The notes beneath the pieces are model-generated. The model was not told the origin of the DNA. It ran no database searches and worked only from the letters and a program-made list of their open reading frames with translations. This document shows positions 1 to 9,766 of a DNA stretch of 64,000 nucleotides, piece by piece. Every line of letters starts with the position of its first letter. Position 1 is the first letter of the stretch. The position numbers and the translations under genes are program-made. Source of the stretch: Acidisarcina sp. Its GTDB lineage: Bacteria; Acidobacteriota; Terriglobia; Terriglobales; Acidobacteriaceae. The stretch covers positions 1,245,759-1,309,758 of the forward strand of contig DATLIY010000007.1 of the NCBI GenBank assembly GCA_035539175.1, given 5' to 3'.

Positions 1-1
1 A

Positions 2-457
2 CGCTTTCTGCGCTACGGACAGATTCATCGCAACACCTACATCAACTCCCCGCGCGTGCTGGCGGAGACGCTGAACCTGCGCGAGCACCCGTCGGTGCTG
101 TTTGCGGGGCAGATCTCGGGCGTCGAAGGCTATACGGAGTCCATCGCCACCGGCATGCTGGCCGGCATCTACGCGGCAGCAATGGCACTGGGCAGGCAGC
201 CGGTTCCCGTGCCCCGGCAGACGGCGCTCGGTTCGCTGGCGCACTACATTACGCACGCCGACCCGGAACACTTTCAGCCGGCCAACATCACGTTCGACTT
301 GCTGGTGCCACTGGCGGAGGAGGAGCGCAAGCGCATCCGCGACAAGAAAGAACGCCATCGCGTGCAGTGCCAGCGCGCACTGGCGGCATTCGAGCAGTGG
401 TGGACGCAGAGCGCATCGCAGTATGGCGAGCTGCGAGCCGCAGCCGTTCCTGAATAA
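2..457 (+). CDS. trmFO: tRNA (uracil-5-)-methyltransferase TrmFO/Gid, C-terminal part (5' end outside window)
   Basis: The frame is open from nt 2. The translation RFLRYGQIHRNTYINSP...FAGQISGVEGYTESIATGMLAGIYAA matches the conserved C-terminal half of TrmFO. The listed ORF 56..457 is only the part after the first in-frame Met. Confidence 0.85.
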   Translation, partial: RFLRYGQIHRNTYINSPRVLAETLNLREHPSVLFAGQISGVEGYTESIATGMLAGIYAAAMALGRQPVPVPRQTALGSLAHYITHADPEHFQPANITFDLLVPLAEEERKRIRDKKERHRVQCQRALAAFEQWWTQSASQYGELRAAAVPE

Positions 458-587
458 AATCCCTTTGCAAGAGTCCACGGCAGGCTTACCCTGAGGCGCA
501 TCGCATTCTTTTCGCTGGAGATGCAACGGAGCAACACCAACCAAGCAACGGCAACACAGGGAGCAATGTGCGAGGCCATCTGAAGAT

Positions 588-1748
588 ATGAACTCGATCG
601 CAGGGTATTCCGCACCGCTGAAGCCCATCTCGGCCGTGGATGCGCTCGTTCCCGCCTTTCGGCGGACCCGCTCCATTCTGGCCGCGCCCTTTCGCCTGGG
701 GTTCTTTCTCAAAATCTGCTTCTTTGTTGCGCTGGCCGAATCCGGATTCCTCTCGGCGGCGATCTCCTACCCCGTCCGGGGAGCGAACGCCTTCCCCTAT
801 AGCAGGGCCGTCCATCTGCATCCCGCAACCAACTTTCTGGCCGATGGATGGGGCATCGTCGGGGCGCTCAGCATGGGATTGCTGCTCCTCTTCGCGGTGG
901 TTGCGATCCTGGGAATCGCGCTCCTGTGCGTCGCCCTCTACCTGCTCTGCCGCTTGCGCCTCACTGTTCTCGATCTCGCGATTTACCGGCAGGGCCTGAT
1001 TCGCAAGGCATGGAGCAGGTATAGGCAGCAGACCTGGCGCTACTTCGGCATCACCCTGCTTGCGGGACTGGCTTTTTTACTGATGTTTGCAGCGGTAATT
1101 GGACCCTTTCTTCCCGCCTTCATCCGCATCGCGCGCACAACGAACGCGTCCAGTCCCGACTCCTACGTCATGTTCCGCCTGTTGCTGCCATTCCTTGGCG
1201 CGATTTTGGCACTGTCCTTCCTGGGAGTGCTGGTGGACGCGGTGATTCGAGATTTTCTGCTGCCGCCGATGGCAATCGAGGACGCCTCCATCGAGTCGGC
1301 GCTGGCGCGTTTCTTCGGTGTGCTGAGGAGCGGCATGGGTTCCACCGTGCTCTACCTGTTTCTGCGTACCGTCATCAGCACGCTGCTCTCGGCCTGCCTT
1401 GGGATTGTCCTCGTGATCCCGGTGGCGCTGCTTGGCCTGCTGGCCTACGCCGGGGGCGCGGTGCTGTATCACTCGCTGTGGATGGGGGGCGCGCAGTTCC
1501 TGTTCCTGATCTATGTGGCTGCGGCTGCCACAGTCCTGCTGCTGCTCTATTTTTCGTCGATGGTCACGGTCTTTGGCGTGACCGGCGTCTTCAAACTCTG
1601 CTACGCAGTGATCTACTTCGGAGCACGCTATCCCGCGCTCGGGGCACTTCTGGAGAGCCAATTCGGGGCCACCCCTATTCCGCCGGAGCCGCGTCTGCCC
1701 CGTCCACCGGGCGATTTGCCGATGATCGAGCCACCGCCCGTCTGGTAA
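588..1748 (+). CDS. hypothetical polytopic membrane protein with Pro-rich C-terminal tail
   Basis: 386-aa ORF with many long hydrophobic segments and a tail PIPPEPRLPRPPGDLPMIEPPPVW. I recognise no family. Confidence 0.55.
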   Translation: MNSIAGYSAPLKPISAVDALVPAFRRTRSILAAPFRLGFFLKICFFVALAESGFLSAAISYPVRGANAFPYSRAVHLHPATNFLADGWGIVGALSMGLLLLFAVVAILGIALLCVALYLLCRLRLTVLDLAIYRQGLIRKAWSRYRQQTWRYFGITLLAGLAFLLMFAAVIGPFLPAFIRIARTTNASSPDSYVMFRLLLPFLGAILALSFLGVLVDAVIRDFLLPPMAIEDASIESALARFFGVLRSGMGSTVLYLFLRTVISTLLSACLGIVLVIPVALLGLLAYAGGAVLYHSLWMGGAQFLFLIYVAAAATVLLLLYFSSMVTVFGVTGVFKLCYAVIYFGARYPALGALLESQFGATPIPPEPRLPRPPGDLPMIEPPPVW

Positions 1749-1868
1749 AATCCGACCTGTTCTAGAAGGAAGAACACACTGCCGCAGCGATAGCGCCAGG
1801 GGGCTTATACACCGTTGGATGGGATTCCGGTATGGTGATGAGAGCACTATCACTATAGGAGAGTCGCA

Positions 1869-2096
1869 ATGGCTGAGAACCAAGTAACCATTACCCTGCG
1901 CCCCAACGGTCCCCTCCGTGTGGAAGGCCCCATCAAGCTGATCGATACCGACGGCAAGGAAATCGACCTGGCGGGAAAGCCCGCCGTATCCCTGTGCCGC
2001 TGCGGAGCGTCTATCAACAAACCGTTCTGCGATGGCACGCACTCAAAGCTCGGCTTCCAGGCAGCGGAAGCGGCAGTCGCGGCGGAGAGGAAGTAG
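1869..2096 (+). CDS. CDGSH iron-sulfur domain protein
   Basis: 75 aa carrying the signature CRCGASINKPFCDGTHS (C-x-C-x2-S-x3-P-x-C-D-G-T-H). Confidence 0.85.
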   Translation: MAENQVTITLRPNGPLRVEGPIKLIDTDGKEIDLAGKPAVSLCRCGASINKPFCDGTHSKLGFQAAEAAVAAERK

Positions 2097-2104
2097 GAGC
2101 CGCC

Positions 2105-2617
2105 ATGCAATCCACGGAGTCCCGGCGCGAGTCGCTTTTGCGCTGGGGTATCTCCGCCGCCTTCGTACTCTTCGGCGGACCCGGAATCGTCGGTTTCTAT
2201 TTTCCCTTCACAATTACGCGTTGGCATGGAGCGACCCAGTCCCTATGGCTGCGCAGCGCGGCCATTGCGCTCATCTGCCTTGGCCTGCTGCCGCTCCTTG
2301 AATCGGTGATCCGATTTGTGCGGGTGGGCCGGGGCACCCTGGTGCCGGCGATGCCCACAAAGGTGCTGGTGGTCAGCGGATTCTATCGCTACGTGCGCAA
2401 TCCTATGTACGTGGGCATGCTGACCCTGATCTCGGGCCAGGCAATTCTCTTCCGCAGCCGCAGCCTGGTGCAGTATCTCGTAGTTGTGGCGCTGCTCTTC
2501 CATCTCTTCGTCATAGGCTACGAGGAGCCGAAGCTGCGTCGCACCTATGGCGAGTCCTATGAGGAGTTCTGCCGCCACGTTCCGCGATGGATTCCCCGCC
2601 GGACGCCTTGGGGATAG
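2105..2617 (+). CDS. isoprenylcysteine carboxyl / phospholipid methyltransferase-family membrane protein
   Basis: Internal ATG (Met38 of ORF 1994..2617), 9 nt after the CDGSH stop. Hydrophobic N-terminus, then FYRYVRNPMYVG...GYEEPKLRRTYGESYEEF, typical of the ICMT/PEMT family. Confidence 0.75.
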   Translation: MQSTESRRESLLRWGISAAFVLFGGPGIVGFYFPFTITRWHGATQSLWLRSAAIALICLGLLPLLESVIRFVRVGRGTLVPAMPTKVLVVSGFYRYVRNPMYVGMLTLISGQAILFRSRSLVQYLVVVALLFHLFVIGYEEPKLRRTYGESYEEFCRHVPRWIPRRTPWG

Positions 2618-2653
2618 CACCGCGACGCGCTCCCAGCATAGCGACAGCCCTGT

Positions 2654-4168
2654 TTACTCTTTGGCATTCCGCGCCTTGATCTTGAACCAGATCGGCGAGC
2701 CCTCAAAGCCAAAGGCTTCGCGAATCTGGTTCTCAAGAAAACGCTCGAAGCTGAAGTGCAGCTTGACATCGCGATCGGTAAACAGGATGAAGGTTGGCGG
2801 TGCGACTGCGGCCTGCGTCATGTAGAGGATGCGCATGCGCTTGGAGAGCGGCACGGGCGCACGCTGGAAGTCGATCTTCTCCAGAAAGCGATTCATCTGC
2901 CCTGTGGTGACGCGCTTGCGCCGCTCGATGGAGACCTGTTTGACCAGTTCGAGGACGCGCTTGATGTTTTTGCCTTGCGCGGCAGAGATGAAGACCACCG
3001 GAGCATAGGCCAGATACTTCAGCACATTGCGAAGCTGCTGCTCAAAAATCTCGCGGTCGGCGGGTGGCTTGCCGTCGGTGCGGCCAGTGGTGACCAGGTC
3101 CCACTTGTTGACGACGAGAATGATGGAGCGGCCGCTCTCGTGGGCGTATCCGCCAATAGTTGCGTCGGAGGAGGTGACGCCCTCGGTCGCATCGATCACC
3201 AGTAAGGCCACGTCCGCAGCCTCCAGATGTCGCCGCGCCATCACGACAGACAGCTTCTCCGCCATTTCGGTCGTCTTGCCCTTGCGCCGGATGCCGGCAG
3301 TATCGACGAAGCGGAACTTGCTGCCGTCGTACTCCATCAACTCATCGACGGCGTCGCGGGTGGTTCCTGCCACCGGCGAAACGATGGCTCGCGAGGAGCC
3401 TGTGAGCGCGTTCAGCAGCGTGCTTTTGCCGACGTTGGGGCGGCCGATGATGGCAACCTTGGTCTCGTGCTGTTCAAATTCGCCATGCGTGCGATGCAGC
3501 GGCTCGCCGTTTGCATCCTCACCCTGCGCGGCTTCATCCTCGGGCGCGGCTGCGCTGGCAGCCTCTGGCTCGGGCGTCGCCGCTGGGGGCAGCGCGGCAA
3601 ACACCTGCTCCAGCAGGTCTCCGATGCCGAGGGCATGCTCGGCGGAGATAGCCTGAATATTCCGGAAGCCGAGCCTGCGGAAGTTCTCCGCGGAGGCCTC
3701 CATTTTTTCGGCGTCAATCTTGTTGACGGCAAGGAAGACGGGTTTGCCGCTGCGCAGAAGGATGCGCGCCAGATCCAGGTCCGGCGCCGCCAGCTCGGTG
3801 CGGCCATCGACGACCATCACCAGCACGTCCGCCTCCTCGAGGGCCACCTGCGCCTGCTCGAAGATTGCCGCGGGTATCAGGTCATCGTCGTCCGGCAGAA
3901 CGCCGCCGGTATCCACCAGGCGCGCAGTGCGGCCTTGCCATTGGACCTCGCCATAGATGCGGTCGCGCGTGATGCCAGGCTCGTCGCCCACAATGGAGCG
4001 GCGAGAGCCTGTCAGGCGGTTGAAGAGGGTCGACTTGCCGACGTTCGGCCTGCCGACGATGGCGATGAGCGGAAGCCCCTCGGTGATGGTTGGACTTCCC
4101 CTGCGCGACACTCGTGTTGTTTTTCGCAAAATCCTGCTCCGCTGCTTCTGGACGCGCGTATGCCGCAC
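2654..4168 (-). CDS. der: ribosome-biogenesis GTPase Der (EngA)
   Basis: Two tandem G domains, each with GRPNVGKSTL, plus DTAG and NKxD motifs and a KH-like C-terminus. A long Ala/Glu/Pro-rich linker joins the G domains. Confidence 0.9.
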   Translation of the reverse strand: MRHTRVQKQRSRILRKTTRVSRRGSPTITEGLPLIAIVGRPNVGKSTLFNRLTGSRRSIVGDEPGITRDRIYGEVQWQGRTARLVDTGGVLPDDDDLIPAAIFEQAQVALEEADVLVMVVDGRTELAAPDLDLARILLRSGKPVFLAVNKIDAEKMEASAENFRRLGFRNIQAISAEHALGIGDLLEQVFAALPPAATPEPEAASAAAPEDEAAQGEDANGEPLHRTHGEFEQHETKVAIIGRPNVGKSTLLNALTGSSRAIVSPVAGTTRDAVDELMEYDGSKFRFVDTAGIRRKGKTTEMAEKLSVVMARRHLEAADVALLVIDATEGVTSSDATIGGYAHESGRSIILVVNKWDLVTTGRTDGKPPADREIFEQQLRNVLKYLAYAPVVFISAAQGKNIKRVLELVKQVSIERRKRVTTGQMNRFLEKIDFQRAPVPLSKRMRILYMTQAAVAPPTFILFTDRDVKLHFSFERFLENQIREAFGFEGSPIWFKIKARNAKE

Positions 4169-4324
4169 TCATCCGGCCTGACACAGATTACTGGCCAACC
4201 TTGATCCTACCCTGCCGGCGGTACAAATGCTGCTTTCGGGCACTCCCCGTTCCTCGCGGGGGCGTCTGGCTATTCCCGCGGGCGGGCATCTGGCTATTAT
4301 AGAAAGAAGCACCTCCGGAACCCC

Positions 4325-6310
4325 GTGGCCACATCTGCCCCCACCAGCTCTTCGCTGCCGTCCCTCCACGACTTCTTCTCTCCAGGAGGCGTACTGTCGC
4401 GTTCCAACCTGCCCTATGAATTCCGGCGCGGGCAGTTGGAGATGGCCAAGGCGGTGGAGCGAGCGCTCGAGGAGCATCACCACCTGATCGTCGAGGCTGG
4501 AACGGGCACCGGCAAGACGCTTGCCTACCTGCTGCCTGCCCTGCGTACAGGGCGCCGCGTCATTATCTCCACCGGCACCAAGAATTTGCAGGAGCAGCTC
4601 TTCTTCAAGGATGTTCCCTTTCTGGAGTCGATGCTGGGGCCGCTGCGGGTGTGCTACATGAAGGGGCGCGGCAATTATCTCTGCCGCCACAAGCTGTATG
4701 CCCTGCGCGATCAGCCGATTCTGAATGGCCTGGAGGAGATCGACCAGTTCCACCAGATTGCGCAATGGGAGAAGACGACCGAGACCGGGGATCGCGCGGA
4801 GATCGATGCCCTGCCGGAGAACAGCCCGCTGTGGACCAAGCTCGATGCCCGCAGCGAAGCCTGCCTGGGCACCACCTGTCCCGACTACGAGCGATGCTTC
4901 ATTACGGAGATGCGGCGCAAGGCTCTCGAAAGCGACGTGATTATTGTCAATCACCACCTCTTCTTCGCCGATCTCGCCATCAAGCTGCAGGCAAAGGCCG
5001 CGCCCGATGCAGGCGTACTGCCCGAGGCCGCGGCCGTCGTCTTTGACGAGGCGCATGAGCTGGAAGATGTGGCCTCCAGCTATTTCGGCATCAGCCTGAG
5101 CAACGTCCGCTTTGAGGAGATGGCGCGCGACGTCGAGACGATGCTGCGCAAGAAGAAGGCGTTCTCCAGCGGCATACAGAACGCGGTAGAACTGCTGCGT
5201 GAGCGCTCCCGCATGCTCTTTGCCGTGTTGCCGCAGGGGCCGGATGGCCGCATGGCCTTCACCGGCCGCGAGGATTTTCTTGAGGTGCATGGCGACATCT
5301 ATCTTGGCGCAACGAATGCGCTGCATCGCCTGGAGGGCGAACTGGACCGCGTGCGCGGGGTGGACGAAGCTCCGGGATTGAAAAAGAGAGTTGGAGATAT
5401 TCGCGAGCACCTGCGCTTTCTGCTTGAGGCCGATGATCACAACACCGTCTTCTGGATCGAGCGGCGATCGGCTGGCGGGATGCGGGCAGCCTCACGCAAC
5501 ACGTATCTGCAGGCCACGCCGATCGATGTCTCAGAGATGCTCAGCGAACTGCTGTTCGAGAACTACCCGAGCGTAGTCCTCACCTCGGCGACGCTCACCG
5601 TGCAATCGGGTTTTGCGCATATCCGCAAGCGTCTGGGCATGCGCAATGCGCGGGAGCTGGTGGTGCCGTCGCACTTTCGCTATCAGCAGCAGGCACTGCT
5701 CTACCTGCCGCCGGAGATGCCCGACCCGCGCGATCCCAATTACCAGGTAGAGGCCGCCCGGCGGATTCGTCGAGTGCTTTCCATTACCCGGGGCCGGGCC
5801 TTCTGCCTCTTCACCAGCTACCAGCAGATGCGGGATCTGCATGACCGCCTGCGATCGGAGCTGGACTATCCCTTTCTCCTCCAGGGAACGGCGCCTCGCA
5901 AGGCGCTGCTGGAGGAGTTTCGCAATACTCCGAATGGCGTGCTGTTTGGCACCTCCAGCTTCTGGCAGGGCGTGGATGTGCAGGGCGAGGCGTTAAGCTG
6001 CGTGATTGTCGATCGCCTGCCCTTTGCTGTGCCAACGGATCCGGTGGTGGCCGCGCGCATGCGTGCGGTCGAAGATGGCGGCGGCAGCCCGTTTTTCGAG
6101 TATCAGGTGCCGTCGGCCGTCATCACGCTCAAGCAGGGATTTGGCCGGCTCATCCGCTCGCTGGAAGACCGCGGGGTGCTGATGCTGCTCGATCCAAGAA
6201 TCCAGCGCCAGCGCTACGGCAAGGTCTTTCTGGAGTCGCTGCCGCCCTACCGCGTGACCCAGGATATTGGCGAGGTAGAGAGCTTTTTTGCGGTGGATGC
6301 AAGCAAGTAG
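4325..6310 (+). CDS. dinG: DinG/XPD-like ATP-dependent DNA helicase
   Basis: Walker A EAGTGTGKTLAYLLPA, DEAH box VFDEAHELED, Cys cluster (CRHK..., EACLGTTCPDYERCF) consistent with an Fe-S domain, and a C-terminal helicase lobe (FWQGVDV...LPF). Confidence 0.85.
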   Translation: MATSAPTSSSLPSLHDFFSPGGVLSRSNLPYEFRRGQLEMAKAVERALEEHHHLIVEAGTGTGKTLAYLLPALRTGRRVIISTGTKNLQEQLFFKDVPFLESMLGPLRVCYMKGRGNYLCRHKLYALRDQPILNGLEEIDQFHQIAQWEKTTETGDRAEIDALPENSPLWTKLDARSEACLGTTCPDYERCFITEMRRKALESDVIIVNHHLFFADLAIKLQAKAAPDAGVLPEAAAVVFDEAHELEDVASSYFGISLSNVRFEEMARDVETMLRKKKAFSSGIQNAVELLRERSRMLFAVLPQGPDGRMAFTGREDFLEVHGDIYLGATNALHRLEGELDRVRGVDEAPGLKKRVGDIREHLRFLLEADDHNTVFWIERRSAGGMRAASRNTYLQATPIDVSEMLSELLFENYPSVVLTSATLTVQSGFAHIRKRLGMRNARELVVPSHFRYQQQALLYLPPEMPDPRDPNYQVEAARRIRRVLSITRGRAFCLFTSYQQMRDLHDRLRSELDYPFLLQGTAPRKALLEEFRNTPNGVLFGTSSFWQGVDVQGEALSCVIVDRLPFAVPTDPVVAARMRAVEDGGGSPFFEYQVPSAVITLKQGFGRLIRSLEDRGVLMLLDPRIQRQRYGKVFLESLPPYRVTQDIGEVESFFAVDASK

Positions 6311-6375
6311 CACGGAGATTTCTACTCCTCCCCCTGTGCGCTGCTAGCATAGGAGAGTCAGGTCGCCGCTCGATT

Positions 6376-6627
6376 ATGTCTCGTAATCTCTATATCTTGG
6401 CTGGAACGCTGTTGGTGTTTGCTCTGGTCTCCTGTGCGATGACGCTCACTTCAAGCGCCTACCAGCCGGGCTTGCCGGGGAATGGCTCCCTTTGGAAGAC
6501 CACTGGCCTGATGCTCGCTGTTGCCGGCCTGATCACGGCGCTGGCCGGCACATTTACGGCGATGTTCGAACAGGTGGACCGCCGCAACGAGGAGCGTCGG
6601 CGCAGGGAGCGCGAGCGCGGACACTGA
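6376..6627 (+). CDS. small two-TM membrane protein, hypothetical
   Basis: 83 aa with two hydrophobic helices and a charged tail RRNEERRRRERERGH. Support is ORF plus composition only. Confidence 0.4.
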   Translation: MSRNLYILAGTLLVFALVSCAMTLTSSAYQPGLPGNGSLWKTTGLMLAVAGLITALAGTFTAMFEQVDRRNEERRRRERERGH

Positions 6628-6752
6628 GCAGAGTTCAACCGGCTGCGTTCCGGCGACCCCGTCCCCAGCCTGCACTCGAGGCGGTGATTTCGTGACTGCA
6701 GCTTTACAATGGTAGATGGGGCATATTGGCCCCGGACAGGACGAGAAACAGA

Positions 6753-7130
6753 ATGTACGAAGTAACAGTCGAGGCAGGATTCTCCTCCGGCCACTTCCTG
6801 AGGAATTATCGCGGCAAGTGCGAGAATCCGCATGGACATAACTACAAGGTTCAAGTCACGCTTCGCGGCCCGGCGCTGGATGAAGCGGGGCTGTTGCTGG
6901 ACTTCAAGCTGCTGAAACAGGTCATGCGCCCGGTGATTGACTACCTCGATCACCAGATGATCAACGACCTTCCCCCGTTTACCGAGATCAATCCCTCGGC
7001 GGAAAATCTGGCGCGCTACTTTTACGACGAGACGAACAAGCAGCTCCACGAAATGACCTCGGGCCGCGTCACCGTGAAGGACTGCACCATCTACGAAACC
7101 GACACCACCACTGCCACGTATTACGAGTAA
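6753..7130 (+). CDS. queD: 6-carboxy-5,6,7,8-tetrahydropterin synthase QueD
   Basis: MYEVTVEAGFSSGHFLRNYRGKCENPHGHNYKV... is the typical QueD/PTPS N-terminus with a His triad. Start set at Met10 of ORF 6726..7130. Confidence 0.9.
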   Translation: MYEVTVEAGFSSGHFLRNYRGKCENPHGHNYKVQVTLRGPALDEAGLLLDFKLLKQVMRPVIDYLDHQMINDLPPFTEINPSAENLARYFYDETNKQLHEMTSGRVTVKDCTIYETDTTTATYYE

Positions 7131-7135
7131 GCCGC

Positions 7136-7816
7136 GTGTATCTCATTGAGCTTTACAAGTCGGTTCAGGGCGAATCGAGCTTCGCCGGCCTGCCGTGCAT
7201 TTTTGTGCGGCTGGCGGGGTGCAACCTGCGCTGTAACTGGTGCGACTCCGAGTACACCTTTACCGGCGGCCACAAGATGGACGCCGACCAGGTCATCGCC
7301 GAGATTGAGAAACTGGCCCCGGTAAAGTTAATTGAGTTCACCGGCGGCGAGCCCATGCTGCAGGAGAAGGAGTTGCTGCCGCTGATGCAGCGACTGCTGG
7401 AGCAGGGCTACACCTTGATGATCGAAACCAGCGGCGAGCGGCCTTTGGCCGATGTCCCCAAATCGGTGCACAAGATCGTCGATGTCAAGTGTCCGGGCTC
7501 GGGCGAGTGCGGCAGCTTCCACCTGCCCAACCTTGAGGCCCTGACCAAACGCGACGAGGTGAAATTTGTCATCAGTAACCGCAAGGATTACGAATTTGCG
7601 CGCAGCTTTCTGGCGGAACATGACTTGGCCGCCAAGGTGGGAGCGGTGCTGCTCTCCCCCGCCTTCAGCAAGACTCCCACTCCGGAGAGAACCGCCGAGA
7701 ATTGCCTGCTGAATCCGCGCGAACTGGTGGAGTGGATGCTGGCCGACGGCCTGGAGGCGCGCCTCAGCCTGCAGATTCACAAGTTCATCTGGGAGCCGCT
7801 GAAAAAGGGCGTCTGA
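7136..7816 (+). CDS. queE: 7-carboxy-7-deazaguanine synthase QueE (radical SAM)
   Basis: GTG start 5 nt after the queD stop. QGESSFAGLPCIFVRLAGCNLRCNWCDSEYTF contains the CX3CX2C radical-SAM cluster motif in QueE context. Confidence 0.9.
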   Translation: MYLIELYKSVQGESSFAGLPCIFVRLAGCNLRCNWCDSEYTFTGGHKMDADQVIAEIEKLAPVKLIEFTGGEPMLQEKELLPLMQRLLEQGYTLMIETSGERPLADVPKSVHKIVDVKCPGSGECGSFHLPNLEALTKRDEVKFVISNRKDYEFARSFLAEHDLAAKVGAVLLSPAFSKTPTPERTAENCLLNPRELVEWMLADGLEARLSLQIHKFIWEPLKKGV

Positions 7817-7888
7817 TCCCGCCAGAAAACTCCATATACCTGCTGTGCCGTGGTGCGCTGGCGCCTCGATCTGTCTACAATCGGAGCC

Positions 7889-9166
7889 ATGCCATCGGAT
7901 TCGGCACCCTCGCTTGTTTTGAGCTTCGCGGAAGCCTCCAGCGTGATCCGCGAACACGCCGCGCAATGGGCCGCCGGACGCGCTATTGCCGAAGAAGTCG
8001 TTCCCCTGACATCGGCTGCAGGCCGGGTACTTGCCGAGCCGGTTTTTGCCGATCGCGACCAGCCCCCCTTTGACCGCTCCACACGCGATGGCTTTGCCTG
8101 CCGCGCAGCCGAGTTGATGACGCAGCCATTGCGGGTAACAGGCATGGTCAGGGCAGGAGAAATCTGGGCAGACCCGCTCGAACCCGGGGCAGCGGTTGAG
8201 ATCATGACCGGTGCGCCGCTGCCATCCGGCGCCGATTGCGTGGTGATGATCGAGCATACGCAGCGGGATGGATCGAGCCTGCGGCTGGCAGGCGGGCGAA
8301 GGCTTCTCCACGGGGAAAACGTGGTTCCCGCCGCCAGCGAAGCGGCAAAAGGAGAGCTGCTGCTGCCGCCCGGCACACGCATCGGCGCGCGACACATCGC
8401 AATAGCCGCATCCTGCGGATATGCAACCCTGAAAGTCTTCCGCAAGCCGCTGGTTGCGATTCAGGCCACGGGGGATGAGCTCGTCGAAATCGGCGAGACT
8501 CCGCGGCCATTCCAGATTCGTAACTCTAACAGTTACTCATTGGCCGCACAGGTTAGGCAGAGCGGAGCAGAGGCCCTCATCCAACCCATCCTGCGCGACA
8601 ACTGCGAGGCAACCCAGGCGGCCATCGCGCACGCCATCCATGATTGCGGAGCCGATCTACTGATACTCTCCGGCGGCGTCTCGATGGGCCGATTCGATTT
8701 TGTCGAAGAGGCGCTGAAGAACCTTGGCGCGGAGTTCTTCTTCACCGGCGCGAAGATCCAGCCCGGCAAGCCCATCGTCTTCGGACGCCTGCCGCAGACC
8801 GGCTCGCATAGCCCTACGTACTTTTTCGGACTCCCCGGCAATCCTGTCTCGACGATGGTCACCTTCACGCTCTTTGTCCACCCGCTGTTGAACGCGCTGG
8901 CGGGGGAAACCGGCGGAGCCCCGCGCTTTGCCCTGGCTCATCTGGACGGCGAGTTGACCCTCAAACCAGGACTCACCCGCTTCCTACCTGCAACGCTGGA
9001 AACGCAGAATCTCTCGCCCAGCGTGCGGCCAATCCGCTGGCAGGGCTCCGGTGATCTTGCGGGGAATGCCAAGGCAAATTGCTATGTTGTCGTTCCCGGC
9101 GATCTCGACGAAGGCCGGGAAACGATGCAGACGGGCGAAATGGTGAGCGTTCTGCTGATAGGCTGA
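7889..9166 (+). CDS. moeA: molybdopterin molybdenumtransferase MoeA
   Basis: MoeA N, MoCF-binding and C domains: LILSGGVSMGRFDF, AKIQPGKPIVFG, LPGNPVST. Start taken at Met14 of ORF 7850..9166; 7850 is the alternative. Confidence 0.85.
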   Translation: MPSDSAPSLVLSFAEASSVIREHAAQWAAGRAIAEEVVPLTSAAGRVLAEPVFADRDQPPFDRSTRDGFACRAAELMTQPLRVTGMVRAGEIWADPLEPGAAVEIMTGAPLPSGADCVVMIEHTQRDGSSLRLAGGRRLLHGENVVPAASEAAKGELLLPPGTRIGARHIAIAASCGYATLKVFRKPLVAIQATGDELVEIGETPRPFQIRNSNSYSLAAQVRQSGAEALIQPILRDNCEATQAAIAHAIHDCGADLLILSGGVSMGRFDFVEEALKNLGAEFFFTGAKIQPGKPIVFGRLPQTGSHSPTYFFGLPGNPVSTMVTFTLFVHPLLNALAGETGGAPRFALAHLDGELTLKPGLTRFLPATLETQNLSPSVRPIRWQGSGDLAGNAKANCYVVVPGDLDEGRETMQTGEMVSVLLIG

Positions 9167-9170
9167 TGCC

Positions 9171-9650
9171 ATGGAAAAGCTCTCGCACTACACCGATTCC
9201 GGCAGCGCTCACATGGTGGACGTAAGCGCCAAGGCCGAGACACGGCGCGAGGCGGTGGCATCCGCCTTTGTTGCGCTCTCGCCTGCGGTATTGGAAGCGC
9301 TTCCCAGCAACGCCAAGGGCAATCCGCTGGAGGTTGCTCGTTTTGCCGGCATCCAGGCAGCCAAGAAGACCGCGGATCTCATCCCCATGTGTCACCCGCT
9401 GCCCCTCACGTTCCTCGATGTGGAAGCGACTGTCGTGCAGGGCGGCATTGCCATCCGAACTACCGCTGCTACCACTGCCGCTACGGGAGTGGAGATGGAG
9501 GCCCTTACCGCCGCCGCGGTCGCCGCCCTGACGGTCTACGACATGTGCAAGGCGCTCGACAAGGGGATCGAAATCCAGAGCATCGTGCTCGAAAAGAAAT
9601 CCGGGGGAAAGAGCGGCGACTACCTGCGCAGCAGCAAAGAACGCCGCTGA
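9171..9650 (+). CDS. moaC: cyclic pyranopterin monophosphate synthase MoaC
   Basis: SHYTDSGSAHMVDVSAKAETRREA...MCHPLPL...VYDMCKALDK are classic MoaC motifs. The gene starts 4 nt after the moeA stop. Confidence 0.9.
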   Translation: MEKLSHYTDSGSAHMVDVSAKAETRREAVASAFVALSPAVLEALPSNAKGNPLEVARFAGIQAAKKTADLIPMCHPLPLTFLDVEATVVQGGIAIRTTAATTAATGVEMEALTAAAVAALTVYDMCKALDKGIEIQSIVLEKKSGGKSGDYLRSSKERR

Positions 9651-9766
9651 CTCCAGTCCCGGAGCGGACCCTGCGGACCAATTTGGGGCCCTCACTTCTG
9701 CAAATACCTTTGACGTGTCTGATTTCCCCGCTTAGAGTGGCATGGAATCGTTTTCAAGGAGAGCTT

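Noticed and set aside
4169-5440. Long antisense ORFs opposite well-supported genes: 4169..5440 (423 aa) opposite dinG, 7328..8395 opposite queE/moeA, 11026..12627 (533 aa) opposite DUF1501/DUF1800, 13042..13854, 17370..18449 opposite lhr, 40720..41868 opposite pckG, 37988..38905 opposite the kinase.
   Set aside because: Their translations are Arg/Ala/Gly/Pro-rich with no recognisable motifs. Each lies fully inside a gene on the other strand that has strong family signatures. This is the usual shadow-ORF artefact of high-GC DNA.
6628-6752. A search for a preQ1 riboswitch upstream of queD, a Moco riboswitch upstream of moeA (7817..7888) and a yybP-ykoY Mn riboswitch upstream of the VIT gene (21628..21678).
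   Set aside because: I could not find the conserved cores of these RNAs by eye. The moeA and VIT upstream gaps are too short for the respective aptamers. A covariance-model scan would be the decisive test.
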